64,000 nt of DNA from Methanomassiliicoccales archaeon (GCA_040768245.1 JAXGNA010000010.1:2372-66371), one strand, 5' to 3'. Counted from the first letter of the stretch, positions 37,966 through 48,399 are shown. The notes: a model not told the origin generated them from the sequence alone. Numbers and translations are program-made.

Positions 37966-38181
37966 ATGGCGGAAGCTCGTCACGCTACCAAGGCCAGCAA
38001 GGCCTGCGATGTCAAGGGATGCGGCTCCGAGGCCGAACGCTCCATCTCCGGGGACGCGGCCAGCGAAGCCAAGCTCAAGGTCGACGAAGGTCTGAAGCGG
38101 GTGCACTTGTGCAAGGACCACTACCGCGAGTACAAGAAGGTCTCCCGGAAGGACCGCGAGCTGGAATCCCTCGGAAGGTGA
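37966..38181 (+). CDS. Small basic zinc-binding hypothetical protein
   Basis: CDVKGC...LCKDHY (C3H ligand set); GGAGG RBS and TATA-like TATTATAT upstream. Confidence 0.75.
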   Translation: MAEARHATKASKACDVKGCGSEAERSISGDAASEAKLKVDEGLKRVHLCKDHYREYKKVSRKDRELESLGR

Positions 38182-38221
38182 TTCAGCAAAGGATAATATC
38201 CTTTAAGGTTTCCCCCGGGTC

Positions 38222-39328
38222 ATGAAGGCAGGTTACATCCAGTTGCTCTCCAGCGCCGGACTTTCCGGCGCAGCCCTGCTCATCCCCAACATGCTGAGGG
38301 ACGAGCTGGGCGCTAATACCATGGAGATCGGCCTGATCACCGCCTCCTTCAACCTGGCGCTCTTTCTGTCGTCCTACATATTCGGGCGGGCGTCCGACGT
38401 GCACGGCCGGAAGCTCTATCTACAGGGCGGCCTGGCCCTCACCGCCATCGCGCTCTTTCTCCTGATCTTCGCCAACAGCAAGGAGACCATAGCCGTGGTG
38501 CGGGTGATGATCGGCCTTTGCGCCGGGATATATCCCTCGGCGCTGCTGACCTATGTTTACGAATCAGAGGGTAAGATAGGCAAGTTCACCGCCTACGGCA
38601 GCCTGGGCTTCGGCATAGGCACCTTCATCGCCGGAATGCTGACCATCTACTACGAGATATTCCTGGCCAGCGGGATCATGCTCCTGGTGGCCTACCTCAT
38701 ATCCACCCGCATGATCTTCGTCGGGGAGAAGGTCCACCAGGTCCCCCTTTTCCCGGCCAAGATGATCCGCCATAACTATCCCGTCTATCTGTCGATAATG
38801 TTCAGGCACACCGGCGCCAACATGATATGGGTGGTGTACCCGCTCTTCCTGGCCGACCTAGGCGCGACCCCGCTATTCATCGGCTTCGTATATGGTATCA
38901 ACGCCGTCGCCCAGTACGCCTTCATGCGTTTCATCGACCGGTTCAAGACCTATCATCTGGTGATGGCCGGGTTCGCCTTCTCCATCCTGACCTTCCCCTC
39001 TTATACGCTGGCCACCCGCCCGGAGGAGATCATCCCCATGCAGGTGTCCATCGCCGCCGCCTGGTCCTGCCTCTACGTCGGTTCGATAAAGTACCTCATG
39101 GAGAGGAACGAGGAGAAGGGCACCTCGTCCGGACTGCTTCAGTCGTTCCTCAGCATCTCGGCCATCATCGGGGCGCTGGTCGGCGGGTTCACCGTGTTCG
39201 CCCTGGGGTACCACGGCTCCATGTTCATCGCCACCGGGCTGGCCATCATCGGCTTCTTCATCTTCATCATCGGCAACCGCTTCCTGAGCAGGAAGGAGAA
39301 AGGCGTTATAGCTCCCGAGGGGGTTTAG
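38222..39328 (+). CDS. MFS transporter
   Basis: GRASDVHGRK motif A; ~12 TM segments. Confidence 0.9.
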   Translation: MKAGYIQLLSSAGLSGAALLIPNMLRDELGANTMEIGLITASFNLALFLSSYIFGRASDVHGRKLYLQGGLALTAIALFLLIFANSKETIAVVRVMIGLCAGIYPSALLTYVYESEGKIGKFTAYGSLGFGIGTFIAGMLTIYYEIFLASGIMLLVAYLISTRMIFVGEKVHQVPLFPAKMIRHNYPVYLSIMFRHTGANMIWVVYPLFLADLGATPLFIGFVYGINAVAQYAFMRFIDRFKTYHLVMAGFAFSILTFPSYTLATRPEEIIPMQVSIAAAWSCLYVGSIKYLMERNEEKGTSSGLLQSFLSISAIIGALVGGFTVFALGYHGSMFIATGLAIIGFFIFIIGNRFLSRKEKGVIAPEGV

Positions 39329-39334
39329 GTAGGC

Positions 39335-40243
39335 ATGGACCTCACATTCCTGGGCACGGGCGGGAGCGTTCCCACCACCAAGCGCAACACGGTGTCCATC
39401 GCCCTGCGCCTTGGTCCCGAGATCCTGATGTTCGATTGCGGGGAGGGGACCCAGAGGCAGCTGATGGCCTCCTCGGCCTCCTTCATGAAGATCACCAGCA
39501 TATTCATCACCCATCATCACGGCGATCATTTCCTGGGGTTGCCCGGCCTGATCCAGTCGATGAACTTCTACGGAAGGACGGAGCCGTTGGACATCTATGG
39601 TCCGGTGGGCACCCTTTACCTGGTCGAGTCCATCAGTTCCCTCGGCCTCTTCAAGCTCAATTATGACGTGAGGGGGCACAACCTGACGCCCGGGGACGTG
39701 GTCAAGGGCGATGGTTATTCGGTGGAGAGCTTCAAGGTCAATCATACCGTGCCCTCGCTAGGCTATGCCTTCCAGGAGGACCCCAGGCCTGGCCGCTTCG
39801 ATCCGGAGAGGGCGAAGGCGTTAGGCGTGAAGGAAGGTCCCAGCTTCTCCCGCCTGGTGGAGGGCCGACCGGTCAAGGTCGGCAATTCCACGGTCACCCC
39901 GGACATGGTCATGGGGCCGGCCCGCCGCGGCCTCCGACTGGTGTACAGCGGGGACACCGCCCCCTGCCCGGAACTGGCCTCGGCCTGCGAAGGCGCGGAC
40001 GTCCTGGTCCACGAGGCCACGGTGGCTTCCGACCTCCAGGACAAGGCGCGGGAGTTCGGCCACAGCACGGCCAGGGACGCGGCGGAGCTGGCCAGGGACT
40101 CCCGTGTGGGTTCCCTGTATCTAGTCCATATCAGCGGGCGCTACGAGGAGGCCGACGCGCTGCTCGAGGACGCTCGAGGAATATTCGAGAATACAACAAT
40201 ACCGAACGACCTGGACACGTTCGTTCTACGAATGGAACGTTAA
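39335..40243 (+). CDS. rnz: Ribonuclease Z
   Basis: FLGTGG..P...RN, FDCGEGTQRQ, THHHGDH..GLPG, YSGDT, HEAT, HST. Confidence 0.96.
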   Translation: MDLTFLGTGGSVPTTKRNTVSIALRLGPEILMFDCGEGTQRQLMASSASFMKITSIFITHHHGDHFLGLPGLIQSMNFYGRTEPLDIYGPVGTLYLVESISSLGLFKLNYDVRGHNLTPGDVVKGDGYSVESFKVNHTVPSLGYAFQEDPRPGRFDPERAKALGVKEGPSFSRLVEGRPVKVGNSTVTPDMVMGPARRGLRLVYSGDTAPCPELASACEGADVLVHEATVASDLQDKAREFGHSTARDAAELARDSRVGSLYLVHISGRYEEADALLEDARGIFENTTIPNDLDTFVLRMER

Positions 40244-40261
40244 TTCACTTGAGAATATTCC

Positions 40262-40825
40262 TCACAGCATCTTGAGCAGGTCGGCCGAGGTGATGATCCC
40301 GGTCATGTCGCCGTTACGACCGACCATCACCGCGTGGGAGCTGCTGAGCAGCGCGGTGACCGCCTCGATCGGGGTGTCCTCGTTCACTATCGGAAAGGCA
40401 TCCTCCATGATGTCGCTGACCTTCAGCTCCACGATGGTCTCCATCCTCTCCCCGTCCCTGAGGCGTGCCAGGATCTGGTTCTCGCTTACGCTTCCCACGT
40501 GCTGTCGCCCAAGGAACACTGGCATCTGGGAGATCCCGGAGGAGCGCATCAGCTCGGTGGCCGTTTTCACCAGCTCGTTGGACTGAACACCGACTATCTG
40601 TCTGGTGGCCAGGTCCCCGGCCCTGCTGGCCTTGGAATGGCGGCGGGACTCGTCCTGAAGGGCGGTGAATATTTTGGTGACCGCCTCATAGCTGCCCTTG
40701 ATGCTCCCCCTCTCCAGCTTGGCTATGGTCGATTGACTGACGCCACAGAGCTTGGCCAGTTCCTGCTGCGTGATATCAAGGGACTTGCGAAGCCTTTTGA
40801 TCTCACCTTCCGGGGGGAACTTCAT
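40262..40825 (-). CDS. XRE-type HTH regulator with tandem CBS domains
   Basis: LRK.L.ITQ.ELA..CGVSQS.IAKLE; ISQMPV and GIIT.ADLL CBS motifs. Confidence 0.92.
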   Translation of the reverse strand: MKFPPEGEIKRLRKSLDITQQELAKLCGVSQSTIAKLERGSIKGSYEAVTKIFTALQDESRRHSKASRAGDLATRQIVGVQSNELVKTATELMRSSGISQMPVFLGRQHVGSVSENQILARLRDGERMETIVELKVSDIMEDAFPIVNEDTPIEAVTALLSSSHAVMVGRNGDMTGIITSADLLKML

Positions 40826-40840
40826 ATTTACCGTATTGAT

Positions 40841-40856
40841 TATTCATATATGAATA
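40841..40856. promoter_or_regulatory. Perfect 16-bp palindrome, candidate operator in the divergent HTH-CBS/mat promoter
   Basis: TATTCATA|TATGAATA, 15 nt upstream of the regulator start and ~15 nt upstream of TATA-like CCTTATATC (40871). Confidence 0.55.
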
Positions 40857-40949
40857 TTTGAGTCAATCACCCTTATATCAAACCAGGAATTTCCAAGGAA
40901 CCATCCAGGTTCCCTGACAGGTCCCTGCTCACAACAAGGTGAATCATCA

Positions 40950-42248
40950 ATGGCTAAGGTAAGCGCAAAGGCGAAGGCCGCCGCCAAGCCGGTGGGCCGC
41001 AAGGTTTCCCCCAAGAAGGCATCCAAGAACATCGTGGTCGAGAGCATGAAGGCCGTTCCCCTCGCCCAACAGAACATCGAACTGGTGGAGAGGAAAGGCA
41101 TCGGTCATCCAGACAGCATATCCGACGGGATCGCGGAGGCTGTCTCGTTGGCCTTGTGCAAGATGTACCTGGAGAGGTTCGGTGAGATACTTCACCACAA
41201 CACCGACCAGAACGAGGTCGTGGGCGGACAGAGCACCCCCCGCTTCGGGGGCGGAGAGGTCCTCGAGCCCATACACATCATGCTTTCCGGAAGAGCTATC
41301 ACCCAGGTCAACGGTGAGCGCCTCCCCTACAGCACGACCGCCATCAACGCCACCAAGGAGTACCTAAAGCGCTTCCCCAATCTGGACGTCAACCGCCACA
41401 TCACCGTGGACTGCCGCATCGGAAAGGGCTCCTTCGACCTGATCAAGAACTTCGAGGCCCTGAAGGACCAGTGCAAGATGGACGGGCACGGCAACCACTG
41501 CCTGTTGGCCAACGACACTTCCTTCGGCTGCTCCTTCGCTCCCTACTCGGACACCGAGCTGGTCTGCCTGGAGACCGAGAGGTATGTGAACGGGGCCATG
41601 AAGAAGAAGCTGAAGGAGACCGGGGAGGACGTCAAGGTCATGTGCTCCCGCAAGGACAAGAAGATAAACATGACCATCGCCTGCGCCATGGTCGACCGCT
41701 ACATCCCGGACGCCGATCACTATAAGAGCGTCGTGGAGGAGATGAAGGAGAGGGTGCTGGACAACGCCACCAAGTTCACCGATTACGACGTGGCCCTGGA
41801 CATCAACCATGCCGACAACCCAGCCACCGGTAATTTCTATCTGACCGTCACCGGCCTCAGCGCCGAGAACGGGGACGACGGCTCGGTGGGCCGTGGGAAC
41901 CGCATGAACGGTCTCATAACGCCGTACCGTACCATGTCCATGGAGGCCTCGGCCGGCAAGAACCCCATCACCCACGTGGGCAAGATGTACAACATCCTGG
42001 CCAACTGGATCGCCAACGACATCGTGAAGAAGAGCAATGGCAACATCGTGGAGGCCGACGTGCGCATACTGTCCCAGATCGGCCGTCCGATCAGCGACCC
42101 GGAGACCTGCAGCGTGCAGCTGTTCCTGGCCCCCGGCGCCGACGCCGCCAAGTGGCAGAAGGAGGCCTACGCCATCTCTGACGAATGGTTGGAGAACATC
42201 GGCAAGGTCACGGAGAAAGTTGTAAAAGGTCAGGTCACGGTATTCTAG
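40950..42248 (+). CDS. mat: S-adenosylmethionine synthetase (archaeal type)
   Basis: ELVERKGIGHPD, HHNTD, ANDTSFG, GEDVKVM, GDDGSVGRGNR.NGLI, GKNP..HVGK.YN. Confidence 0.97.
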   Translation: MAKVSAKAKAAAKPVGRKVSPKKASKNIVVESMKAVPLAQQNIELVERKGIGHPDSISDGIAEAVSLALCKMYLERFGEILHHNTDQNEVVGGQSTPRFGGGEVLEPIHIMLSGRAITQVNGERLPYSTTAINATKEYLKRFPNLDVNRHITVDCRIGKGSFDLIKNFEALKDQCKMDGHGNHCLLANDTSFGCSFAPYSDTELVCLETERYVNGAMKKKLKETGEDVKVMCSRKDKKINMTIACAMVDRYIPDADHYKSVVEEMKERVLDNATKFTDYDVALDINHADNPATGNFYLTVTGLSAENGDDGSVGRGNRMNGLITPYRTMSMEASAGKNPITHVGKMYNILANWIANDIVKKSNGNIVEADVRILSQIGRPISDPETCSVQLFLAPGADAAKWQKEAYAISDEWLENIGKVTEKVVKGQVTVF

Positions 42249-42251
42249 GGC

Positions 42252-42836
42252 ATGAAGCTCGTCGACCTGCCCCGCTACGGTCCGGTGCACCGTTTCGGCA
42301 ACCATCACGTGTACCGCACGCTGATGGTGCTCTCGGACCAGAAACGCAAAGGGCGAAAGCAGATAGCGGACGCGGTGGGCATCGGCGAGGGCAGCATGCG
42401 GACGATAATAGAATACCTCCGTGGACTGGACATGATCGATATACGCCAGACTGGCGTCAAGATCACCCGCCACGGAAACGCCTTCCTCTCCGACCTCCCG
42501 ATCAAGATGGCCGATATCGGCCACGGCTCCATCGCCCTGGGCAAGGAATGTGTCGCTGTCCAGATGAGCAACAACGGCGACAAGATCAAACTGGGCGTGG
42601 AACAGCGGGACTCGGCCATCATGGCCGGGGCGGAGGGAGCTACCACGCTGGTGGTCCGGGACGGGAAGCTGACCGTGCCCCCTGATTACGTGATAGACGA
42701 GCACGATCCGGAACTGGCCAGGCTTCTGCACGAGAAGTTCAATCTGCGGGAAGGGGACGCGATAATCATCGGCACCGCCTCCACGGTCTCCAAGGCCGAG
42801 GACGGGGCGTTGGCGGCGGCCTTCGATCTACTCTAG
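42252..42836 (+). CDS. DUF4443-like protein with N-terminal winged HTH
   Basis: GRK..A...GIGEGS.RT, G.EQRD.AI.AGA.GATT. Confidence 0.8.
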   Translation: MKLVDLPRYGPVHRFGNHHVYRTLMVLSDQKRKGRKQIADAVGIGEGSMRTIIEYLRGLDMIDIRQTGVKITRHGNAFLSDLPIKMADIGHGSIALGKECVAVQMSNNGDKIKLGVEQRDSAIMAGAEGATTLVVRDGKLTVPPDYVIDEHDPELARLLHEKFNLREGDAIIIGTASTVSKAEDGALAAAFDLL

Positions 42837-44828
42837 TAGCTTTTCCACCTCTTTTCGGTCATCCGTCTCCGGCAGGCAGGCACCTTTCAGGCAAAGCCGG
42901 TATCCCCTGGGAAGCAGGGGCTGGTCCTCCAGATGCTCCGCCTTCACCGTAAGCAGGTGAGGGTGGTATCCAGGGAACCAGGGGTCGGATGGCCCGAAGA
43001 CCTCCAGCGTCCTCGAGGCATCCTTCATCAAAGCTCCGCACATGAACATGGTGTAGGCGGAGGGCGTCAGGCGCAGCTCGCGCATGAAATGCCTCTCCAC
43101 GCCTTCCAAAGCGTCCATCGTCCGGGGGTCGTTGAAAAGCGCTGCAAGCTGTGTCAGTACATAGTAGGCCACCGAGTTCCCGGAAGGATAGGCCCCGTCG
43201 TACAGGTCCTTGGTCCGGATCAGCAGGTCCGGATCGTCGCGCGAGAGGTAGAACCCCCCGTCCTCGCGGTCAAGGAACAGGGACATCATCTCCTCGACCA
43301 GGTCCAGGCATCTTTCCAAATGCCTTTTATCGAAGGTCGCGAAGTACATCTCCAAGCGGGCCCAGGCCAGGTAAGCGTGGTCGTCCAGGAGCGAAGGGAC
43401 ACCGACCTCTCCCTGGCGATAGGTATGATAGAGCATCCCATCCCTGACCATGTTCCGGTCCAGGAAATCGATGGCCCTCTCGGCCAAAGTAAGAGCGTTC
43501 CCGCGACCGAGATGACGGTGGGCTTTGCACAGAGCGACGACCATCATCCCGTTCCAGTCGGTCAGGACCTTGTCGTCCAGCGCCGGGCGTGGCCTCTCCT
43601 GCCGGTGCGACCAAAGGGCCGCTCTGACCCGCTCGTCCCAGGCGTACATTTCATCCGGCTCCATCCCTTTCGTCGAGGCGAAGTCCCGGAGGGACCTGAT
43701 ACGATGGAGGACGTTGAGCCCGGACCTGGTTCGGGTGGCCTCGTCACGGAAGTTGCCCGAATCCCAGATATCGTAAAGCTCTTTGAACATCAGCATGTCG
43801 TCCGTGGAGAGGAGAGCGGACAGTTCCTCGAACTTCCAAACGTAGAAAGCGCCCTCCTTTCCCTCGGAATCGGCGTCCTCGGACGAGTAGAACGCGCCCT
43901 CCGGGGAGGTGAGGTCCCTTTCGAGATAACGGACCAGCTCATCCCCGGCCTGCCGATACTCCCGGTCGCCGGTGACCGCGTAGGCCTCCGACAGGGCCAT
44001 CAGCATCAGTGCCTGGTCGTAGAGCATCTTCTCGAAGTGCGGAAGGTGCCAGCGATGGTCCGTGGAATATCGGTGGAATCCCCCGCCCAGATGGTCTCTC
44101 GTTCCCCCGCGTACGATGTTGTCCAGGGTCTTGATGGCCATTTCCAGGGCCTTGGGTTCCTTTCTCTCACGGTGATAACGGAGCAGGAAAAGCAGCTTGT
44201 GGGGGGACGGGAACTTCCGCTCCCCGTCGAACCCGCCGTATCGGGGCTCGAAGTCCTCGGACAAATGCTGCAAGGTCATGTCCAGTAGGCCGGGTACGTC
44301 CCCTTCCTCGGGGTCCCTCTCGAACGAATCCAGCATCTCCAGGACCTTGACCGTCACCTCCTTGATGTCCTCACGTCTCTCTTGCCAGGTGCGATGCACC
44401 GCCGGCAGCAGGTCGATCATTCCCGGCATGCCCTGGCGGGACCGCTTGGGGAGGTAGGTCCCGGCCCAGAAGGGGACCCGCTCCGGGGTCATCAGGATGG
44501 TCAATGGCCAACCGCCGCCCCCGGTCATCATCTGACAGACCTTCATGTAGAGGCTGTCCACCTCCGGCCGTTCTTCCCGGTCCACCTTGATGCTGACGAA
44601 CCAGTCGTTCATCATCGCCGCGACCTCGGGGTCCTCGAAGCTCTCCTTCTCCATGACGTGGCACCAGTGGCAGGACGAGTAGCCGATGGAGAGGATGATC
44701 GGCCGGTCGAGCTCTCTAGCCTGTTCGAAAGCCTCCGCCCCCCAGGGGTACCAGTCCACCGGGTTGCGGGAGTGCTGCAGCAGATAGGGGCTTCGTTCCT
44801 TGGCTAGGCGGTTCTCGGGTCCGGCCAT
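42828..44828 (-). CDS. Thioredoxin-domain/six-hairpin protein (YyaL/SSP411, DUF255)
   Basis: [42 protein letters not shown]. Confidence 0.95.
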   Translation of the reverse strand: MAGPENRLAKERSPYLLQHSRNPVDWYPWGAEAFEQARELDRPIILSIGYSSCHWCHVMEKESFEDPEVAAMMNDWFVSIKVDREERPEVDSLYMKVCQMMTGGGGWPLTILMTPERVPFWAGTYLPKRSRQGMPGMIDLLPAVHRTWQERREDIKEVTVKVLEMLDSFERDPEEGDVPGLLDMTLQHLSEDFEPRYGGFDGERKFPSPHKLLFLLRYHRERKEPKALEMAIKTLDNIVRGGTRDHLGGGFHRYSTDHRWHLPHFEKMLYDQALMLMALSEAYAVTGDREYRQAGDELVRYLERDLTSPEGAFYSSEDADSEGKEGAFYVWKFEELSALLSTDDMLMFKELYDIWDSGNFRDEATRTRSGLNVLHRIRSLRDFASTKGMEPDEMYAWDERVRAALWSHRQERPRPALDDKVLTDWNGMMVVALCKAHRHLGRGNALTLAERAIDFLDRNMVRDGMLYHTYRQGEVGVPSLLDDHAYLAWARLEMYFATFDKRHLERCLDLVEEMMSLFLDREDGGFYLSRDDPDLLIRTKDLYDGAYPSGNSVAYYVLTQLAALFNDPRTMDALEGVERHFMRELRLTPSAYTMFMCGALMKDASRTLEVFGPSDPWFPGYHPHLLTVKAEHLEDQPLLPRGYRLCLKGACLPETDDRKEVEKLLE

Positions 44829-44963
44829 GAGTGGTGCTAACGAAGCTCCTCGGTAATCTACCTATTCCCGCTAGGTAAAATATTGGGTCACGATGATAGT
44901 ATTATATGGCGGTCTTCCAATCTCCCTAGCCAGTATTTCCGGTCTTTGGGATGGGATGCGCCG

Positions 44964-46175
44964 GTGAACATTCGCAAATGGTTGGGTGGAGGGAGGGACA
45001 GCGCTAGCGTCAGCGAACGCCAGTCCCTGCGTTACGCCACCGTGTTCATCCTCCTTCTAGGCGCGGTATCCCTTTTCGCGGACATGTCCTATGAGGGTGC
45101 CAAGAGCATCAGCGGTTCCTACCTGAAGACCTTGGGCGCCACCGCGGCCACGGTCGCCCTGGTGTCCGGCTTCGGCGAGTTCATCGGTTACGGATGGAGG
45201 GTGGTCTCCGGCCACATCACCGACCGTACCGGCCGCTACTGGACCATCGTGGTCGTCGGTTACGCCATGAACCTGCTGGCCATACCGCTCCTGGCCTTCA
45301 CCGGCGACTGGTACATGGTGGCCATCCTGATCGTCCTGGAACGCATGGGCAAGGCCATAAGGGCGCCGGCGCGCGACGCCATGCTCTCCCATGCCGCCAT
45401 CAAGACCGGTCGGGGCTGGGCCTTCGGGGTTCAGGAGGCCTTGTCCTCCGTAGGGGCCATGATCGGGCCGGTCTCCATATTCCTGGTCTTCTGGGCCGGG
45501 GGGGATTATTCCATGGCCTTCCTGCTCATGGGCATCCCTGCCCTGATCACCTTGGCCGTCCTTTACTATACGTACACCAAGTATCCCAAGCCCCAGCTGA
45601 TGGAGCCGGCCCGCCCGCAGGAGAAGGCCGTTCTCCCCCGGCGCTTCTGGTTGTACGCGCTTGCCGCCGCGTTCATGGCCGCCGGCTACATCGACTATCC
45701 GCTGGTAGCCTACCATATACAGAACCGAGCCCTGGGCGAGGAGATGGTCATACCCCTGCTCTACGCCCTGGCCATGGGTGCGGACGCCATCTCGGCCATG
45801 ATCCTCGGCAAGCTCTTCGACCGCGGTGGCCCGAAGGTGCTGCTGCTGGTGATAGTCCCGGCGGCCTTCTTCCCGGTCCTGGCCTTCTCCGATTCCATGA
45901 TCGTCATCGCCGCCGGTATGGGACTGTTCGGGCTGGGGATGGGTGCTCAGGAATCCATAATGCGCGCGGTGGTGGCCGACCTGGCCCCGGTGGGCCGGAG
46001 GGCCACGGCGTACGGTTATTACAACACGGTCTTCGGCATGTTCTGGTTCATCGGTTCAATGGCCTTGGGCATGCTCTACGACCTGTCGATACCGGTCATG
46101 GTGGCGATATCCGTAGGTCTGCAACTGGTCTCCGTCCCCCTGTTCCTGATGTTCCTAAGGGACAAAACGGTCTGA
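44964..46175 (+). CDS. MFS transporter
   Basis: VSLFADM.YEG, G.ITDRTG.YW, ERMGKAIRAPARDA; probable GTG start. Confidence 0.9.
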   Translation: MNIRKWLGGGRDSASVSERQSLRYATVFILLLGAVSLFADMSYEGAKSISGSYLKTLGATAATVALVSGFGEFIGYGWRVVSGHITDRTGRYWTIVVVGYAMNLLAIPLLAFTGDWYMVAILIVLERMGKAIRAPARDAMLSHAAIKTGRGWAFGVQEALSSVGAMIGPVSIFLVFWAGGDYSMAFLLMGIPALITLAVLYYTYTKYPKPQLMEPARPQEKAVLPRRFWLYALAAAFMAAGYIDYPLVAYHIQNRALGEEMVIPLLYALAMGADAISAMILGKLFDRGGPKVLLLVIVPAAFFPVLAFSDSMIVIAAGMGLFGLGMGAQESIMRAVVADLAPVGRRATAYGYYNTVFGMFWFIGSMALGMLYDLSIPVMVAISVGLQLVSVPLFLMFLRDKTV

Positions 46176-46277
46176 GAAAGGGTTTGGAAGGGGTTTGGGC
46201 GGCCAGGTGTGGCCTTGAACCCCTTGTTGCGTTTCTCCTCCTATTGGTCCGGCGGAGGTCAAGAACGACCGCAGGAC
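46174..46277 (-). ncRNA. Candidate small structured RNA (unknown family)
   Basis: Minus strand: TATA-like TACTTAAAT ~46306-46298, two hairpins separated by an A/G-rich linker, then terminator-like AAACCCTTTCTC; no start codon after the linker. Confidence 0.45.
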
Positions 46278-46360
46278 GATATTATTATGAAATGCACATT
46301 TAAGTAAATTTCCCTGGAAAAAATGAAAAAGGGATTATGAAAGAGGTTTGATCGGGCAGC

Positions 46361-47974
46361 TCACCACTTCTCGAGCATTGGGAGCATGACCCGCTCGGCC
46401 AGGTTCTCCAGGGTCTCCACCCCGGTCACCTTCTGGGCGTAAGGGGTCAAGGAGGCGATGTCGTCACGCTGGATGTTGCTCAGGGTGAACTTCCGGCTGC
46501 CGGCCATCAGCTGCTTCAGCCCTTCGCCGAGGCGGTCCACAAAGTAGGTGTACTCGCCCACCGCGCCGTAGGGGATGTCCGTTCCCAGCTTCTTCTTCTT
46601 GTAACGATGCTCGAGCTCCTGGGCGGCGATGAAGAAGGTCCTGGGGTCGCTGCCATAGGCGGCGGTGAAGCTGCTGGGCAGGGAGTTCGTTTCCGCCAGC
46701 TTCATGAAGTTGGCGCTCTTCATGACCGTCAGCAGGGGCGCGCGGGCCATGGCGATGGCCTTCACCAGCGGACCATCGCCGAGATTGCTCATGGCCATGG
46801 ACTTGTATATCTGGGTCTCGTTGACGAAGCCTCCGGCCATGACCAGGTCCGGGATGAACTTGCCCTTCCTCTTCATGACCTGGGCGCACATCATCATCTG
46901 CGCCTGGAGGTGCACGGTAGGGGTGCTCATCTCGTTCATCATCGGTACCGGGGACATGCCGGTGCCGCCTCCCGCGCCGTCGAAGGTCAGCATATCGATC
47001 TTGGCCTCGGAAGCGGCCTTCATGGTGAACGCCACGACCTCCGGCCGGTAGGCGCCGGTCTTCAGGAAGACATACTTAGCGCCCTGGGACCTCAGTTTCT
47101 CCACGTCTTCGACGAAGGAAATGTGATTCGGGAATCCGACCCGGGAGTGCCTCTCGAAGCTCTTGAAGGCGCCGGCCTTGAAGGCTTCCTGAACATCCTT
47201 GTCCTCGGGGTCCGGGAGCACCAGGTAGCCGCGCTTCTTGAGCTCCAATGCGCGTTCCAAAGTGGTCAGGCGGACCTCGCCCCCGATGGCCTTGGCGCCC
47301 TGGCCCCATTTGCGTTCGATGATGTCCACCTCCAGCTTGCTGAGGGCGTACTCGTCGACGCCCCCGCGCTGGTCCTCGACGTTGGTCTGCACGGCGATGC
47401 CGCCGTACTTCCCGTCATAAAGCTCCTTGTAGGACCTGACCCTGAAGGCCAGGTCCGGCGAGCTGGTGACCTTGCCCTTGGTATAAACGGATTCGTGGTC
47501 CATTCCGCAGACGTTCTCGCCCACGGTCTGAATGACCCCGCTCATGGCCGCTCCCTTGGCCATGGCCTCCCAGTGACGCTTGGCGACGGCGGTGGAGCCG
47601 AGGCCGGCGATGACCAGCGGCACCTTCAGCTTGATCGGCTTCTTGGAGCGGGTGGCGACGGAGGTGGTTATGTCCACGTTCTCGAAGAAGGCCTTGTCCG
47701 GGGTCGGCTCGATGCCGTGCGCCCCGATAAGCTCGGCCATGATCTGGAAGTGGGACCAGTCCAGGTGGAACTCCTTGTTGGAGGCGGCGGTGCTCTTGCC
47801 GAAGTACTCCGGCAGGGGATATAGCACCTCCCGTCCCCGGAAGGCGGACTTGCCGACCTCGCAGAGGACGTTGCAGTCCTCCACGCATATGGGGCACATT
47901 CCGTTCACTGGGCTGATGTCTGGCACACGAGTCTTGGTTCCGGTGGTCGATCTGCTGTTCTCAATGGTGTTCAA
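46361..47974 (-). CDS. FMN-binding glutamate synthase family protein (stand-alone)
   Basis: GMCPICVEDC..LCE, GENVCGMD, KWGQGAK.IGGE, LKTGAY, DGAGGGTGMSP; probable TTG start with GGAGTG RBS. Confidence 0.9.
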   Translation of the reverse strand: MNTIENSRSTTGTKTRVPDISPVNGMCPICVEDCNVLCEVGKSAFRGREVLYPLPEYFGKSTAASNKEFHLDWSHFQIMAELIGAHGIEPTPDKAFFENVDITTSVATRSKKPIKLKVPLVIAGLGSTAVAKRHWEAMAKGAAMSGVIQTVGENVCGMDHESVYTKGKVTSSPDLAFRVRSYKELYDGKYGGIAVQTNVEDQRGGVDEYALSKLEVDIIERKWGQGAKAIGGEVRLTTLERALELKKRGYLVLPDPEDKDVQEAFKAGAFKSFERHSRVGFPNHISFVEDVEKLRSQGAKYVFLKTGAYRPEVVAFTMKAASEAKIDMLTFDGAGGGTGMSPVPMMNEMSTPTVHLQAQMMMCAQVMKRKGKFIPDLVMAGGFVNETQIYKSMAMSNLGDGPLVKAIAMARAPLLTVMKSANFMKLAETNSLPSSFTAAYGSDPRTFFIAAQELEHRYKKKKLGTDIPYGAVGEYTYFVDRLGEGLKQLMAGSRKFTLSNIQRDDIASLTPYAQKVTGVETLENLAERVMLPMLEKW

Positions 47975-48189
47975 GGTGATCTCACTCCCCTTGCTAACGC
48001 TTGACACGATGGCATATGATGTCCGTATATGAATGTTATCGGGGAAAATGTAGACAAATATGCATAGAATACTTAAATACAATAACTAAATGTCTAATTA
48101 TTTAACCTGTCTGACCCCCAATCTTAGTCATTTGTCTATGAGCCCTTTTTCGAAACGTCCTTATCTGAATAGTACTTCTCCGGGAACAG

Positions 48190-48399
48190 GTGCGGGCATT
48201 GGCTCTGAATCTGATTTGGGTAGGGACCATCTGGGGTGCGGCGGTGGGAATAATACTGGCGGACATACTCTACTTCCTCACCTATTCCCTGGCCTCCTTC
48301 CTGCTCTTCATCCCCTGCGCGTTCGCCGGCTTTTGGCTGGCTAGGAGAGCTCTGCGCAAATGGGGCTCGGTGGAGAACTACCTCAAGGGCAGCAAATAG
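48190..48399 (+). CDS. Small two-TM hypothetical protein
   Basis: 69 aa, two hydrophobic helices and a basic tail. Confidence 0.55.
   Translation: MRALALNLIWVGTIWGAAVGIILADILYFLTYSLASFLLFIPCAFAGFWLARRALRKWGSVENYLKGSK

Noticed and set aside
40885-40949. GGAACC-N5-GGTTCC hairpin and CTCACAAC in the mat leader as a SAM riboswitch
   Set aside because: Too short and lacking the conserved cores of the SAM riboswitch classes I know; one 6-bp stem is weak evidence.
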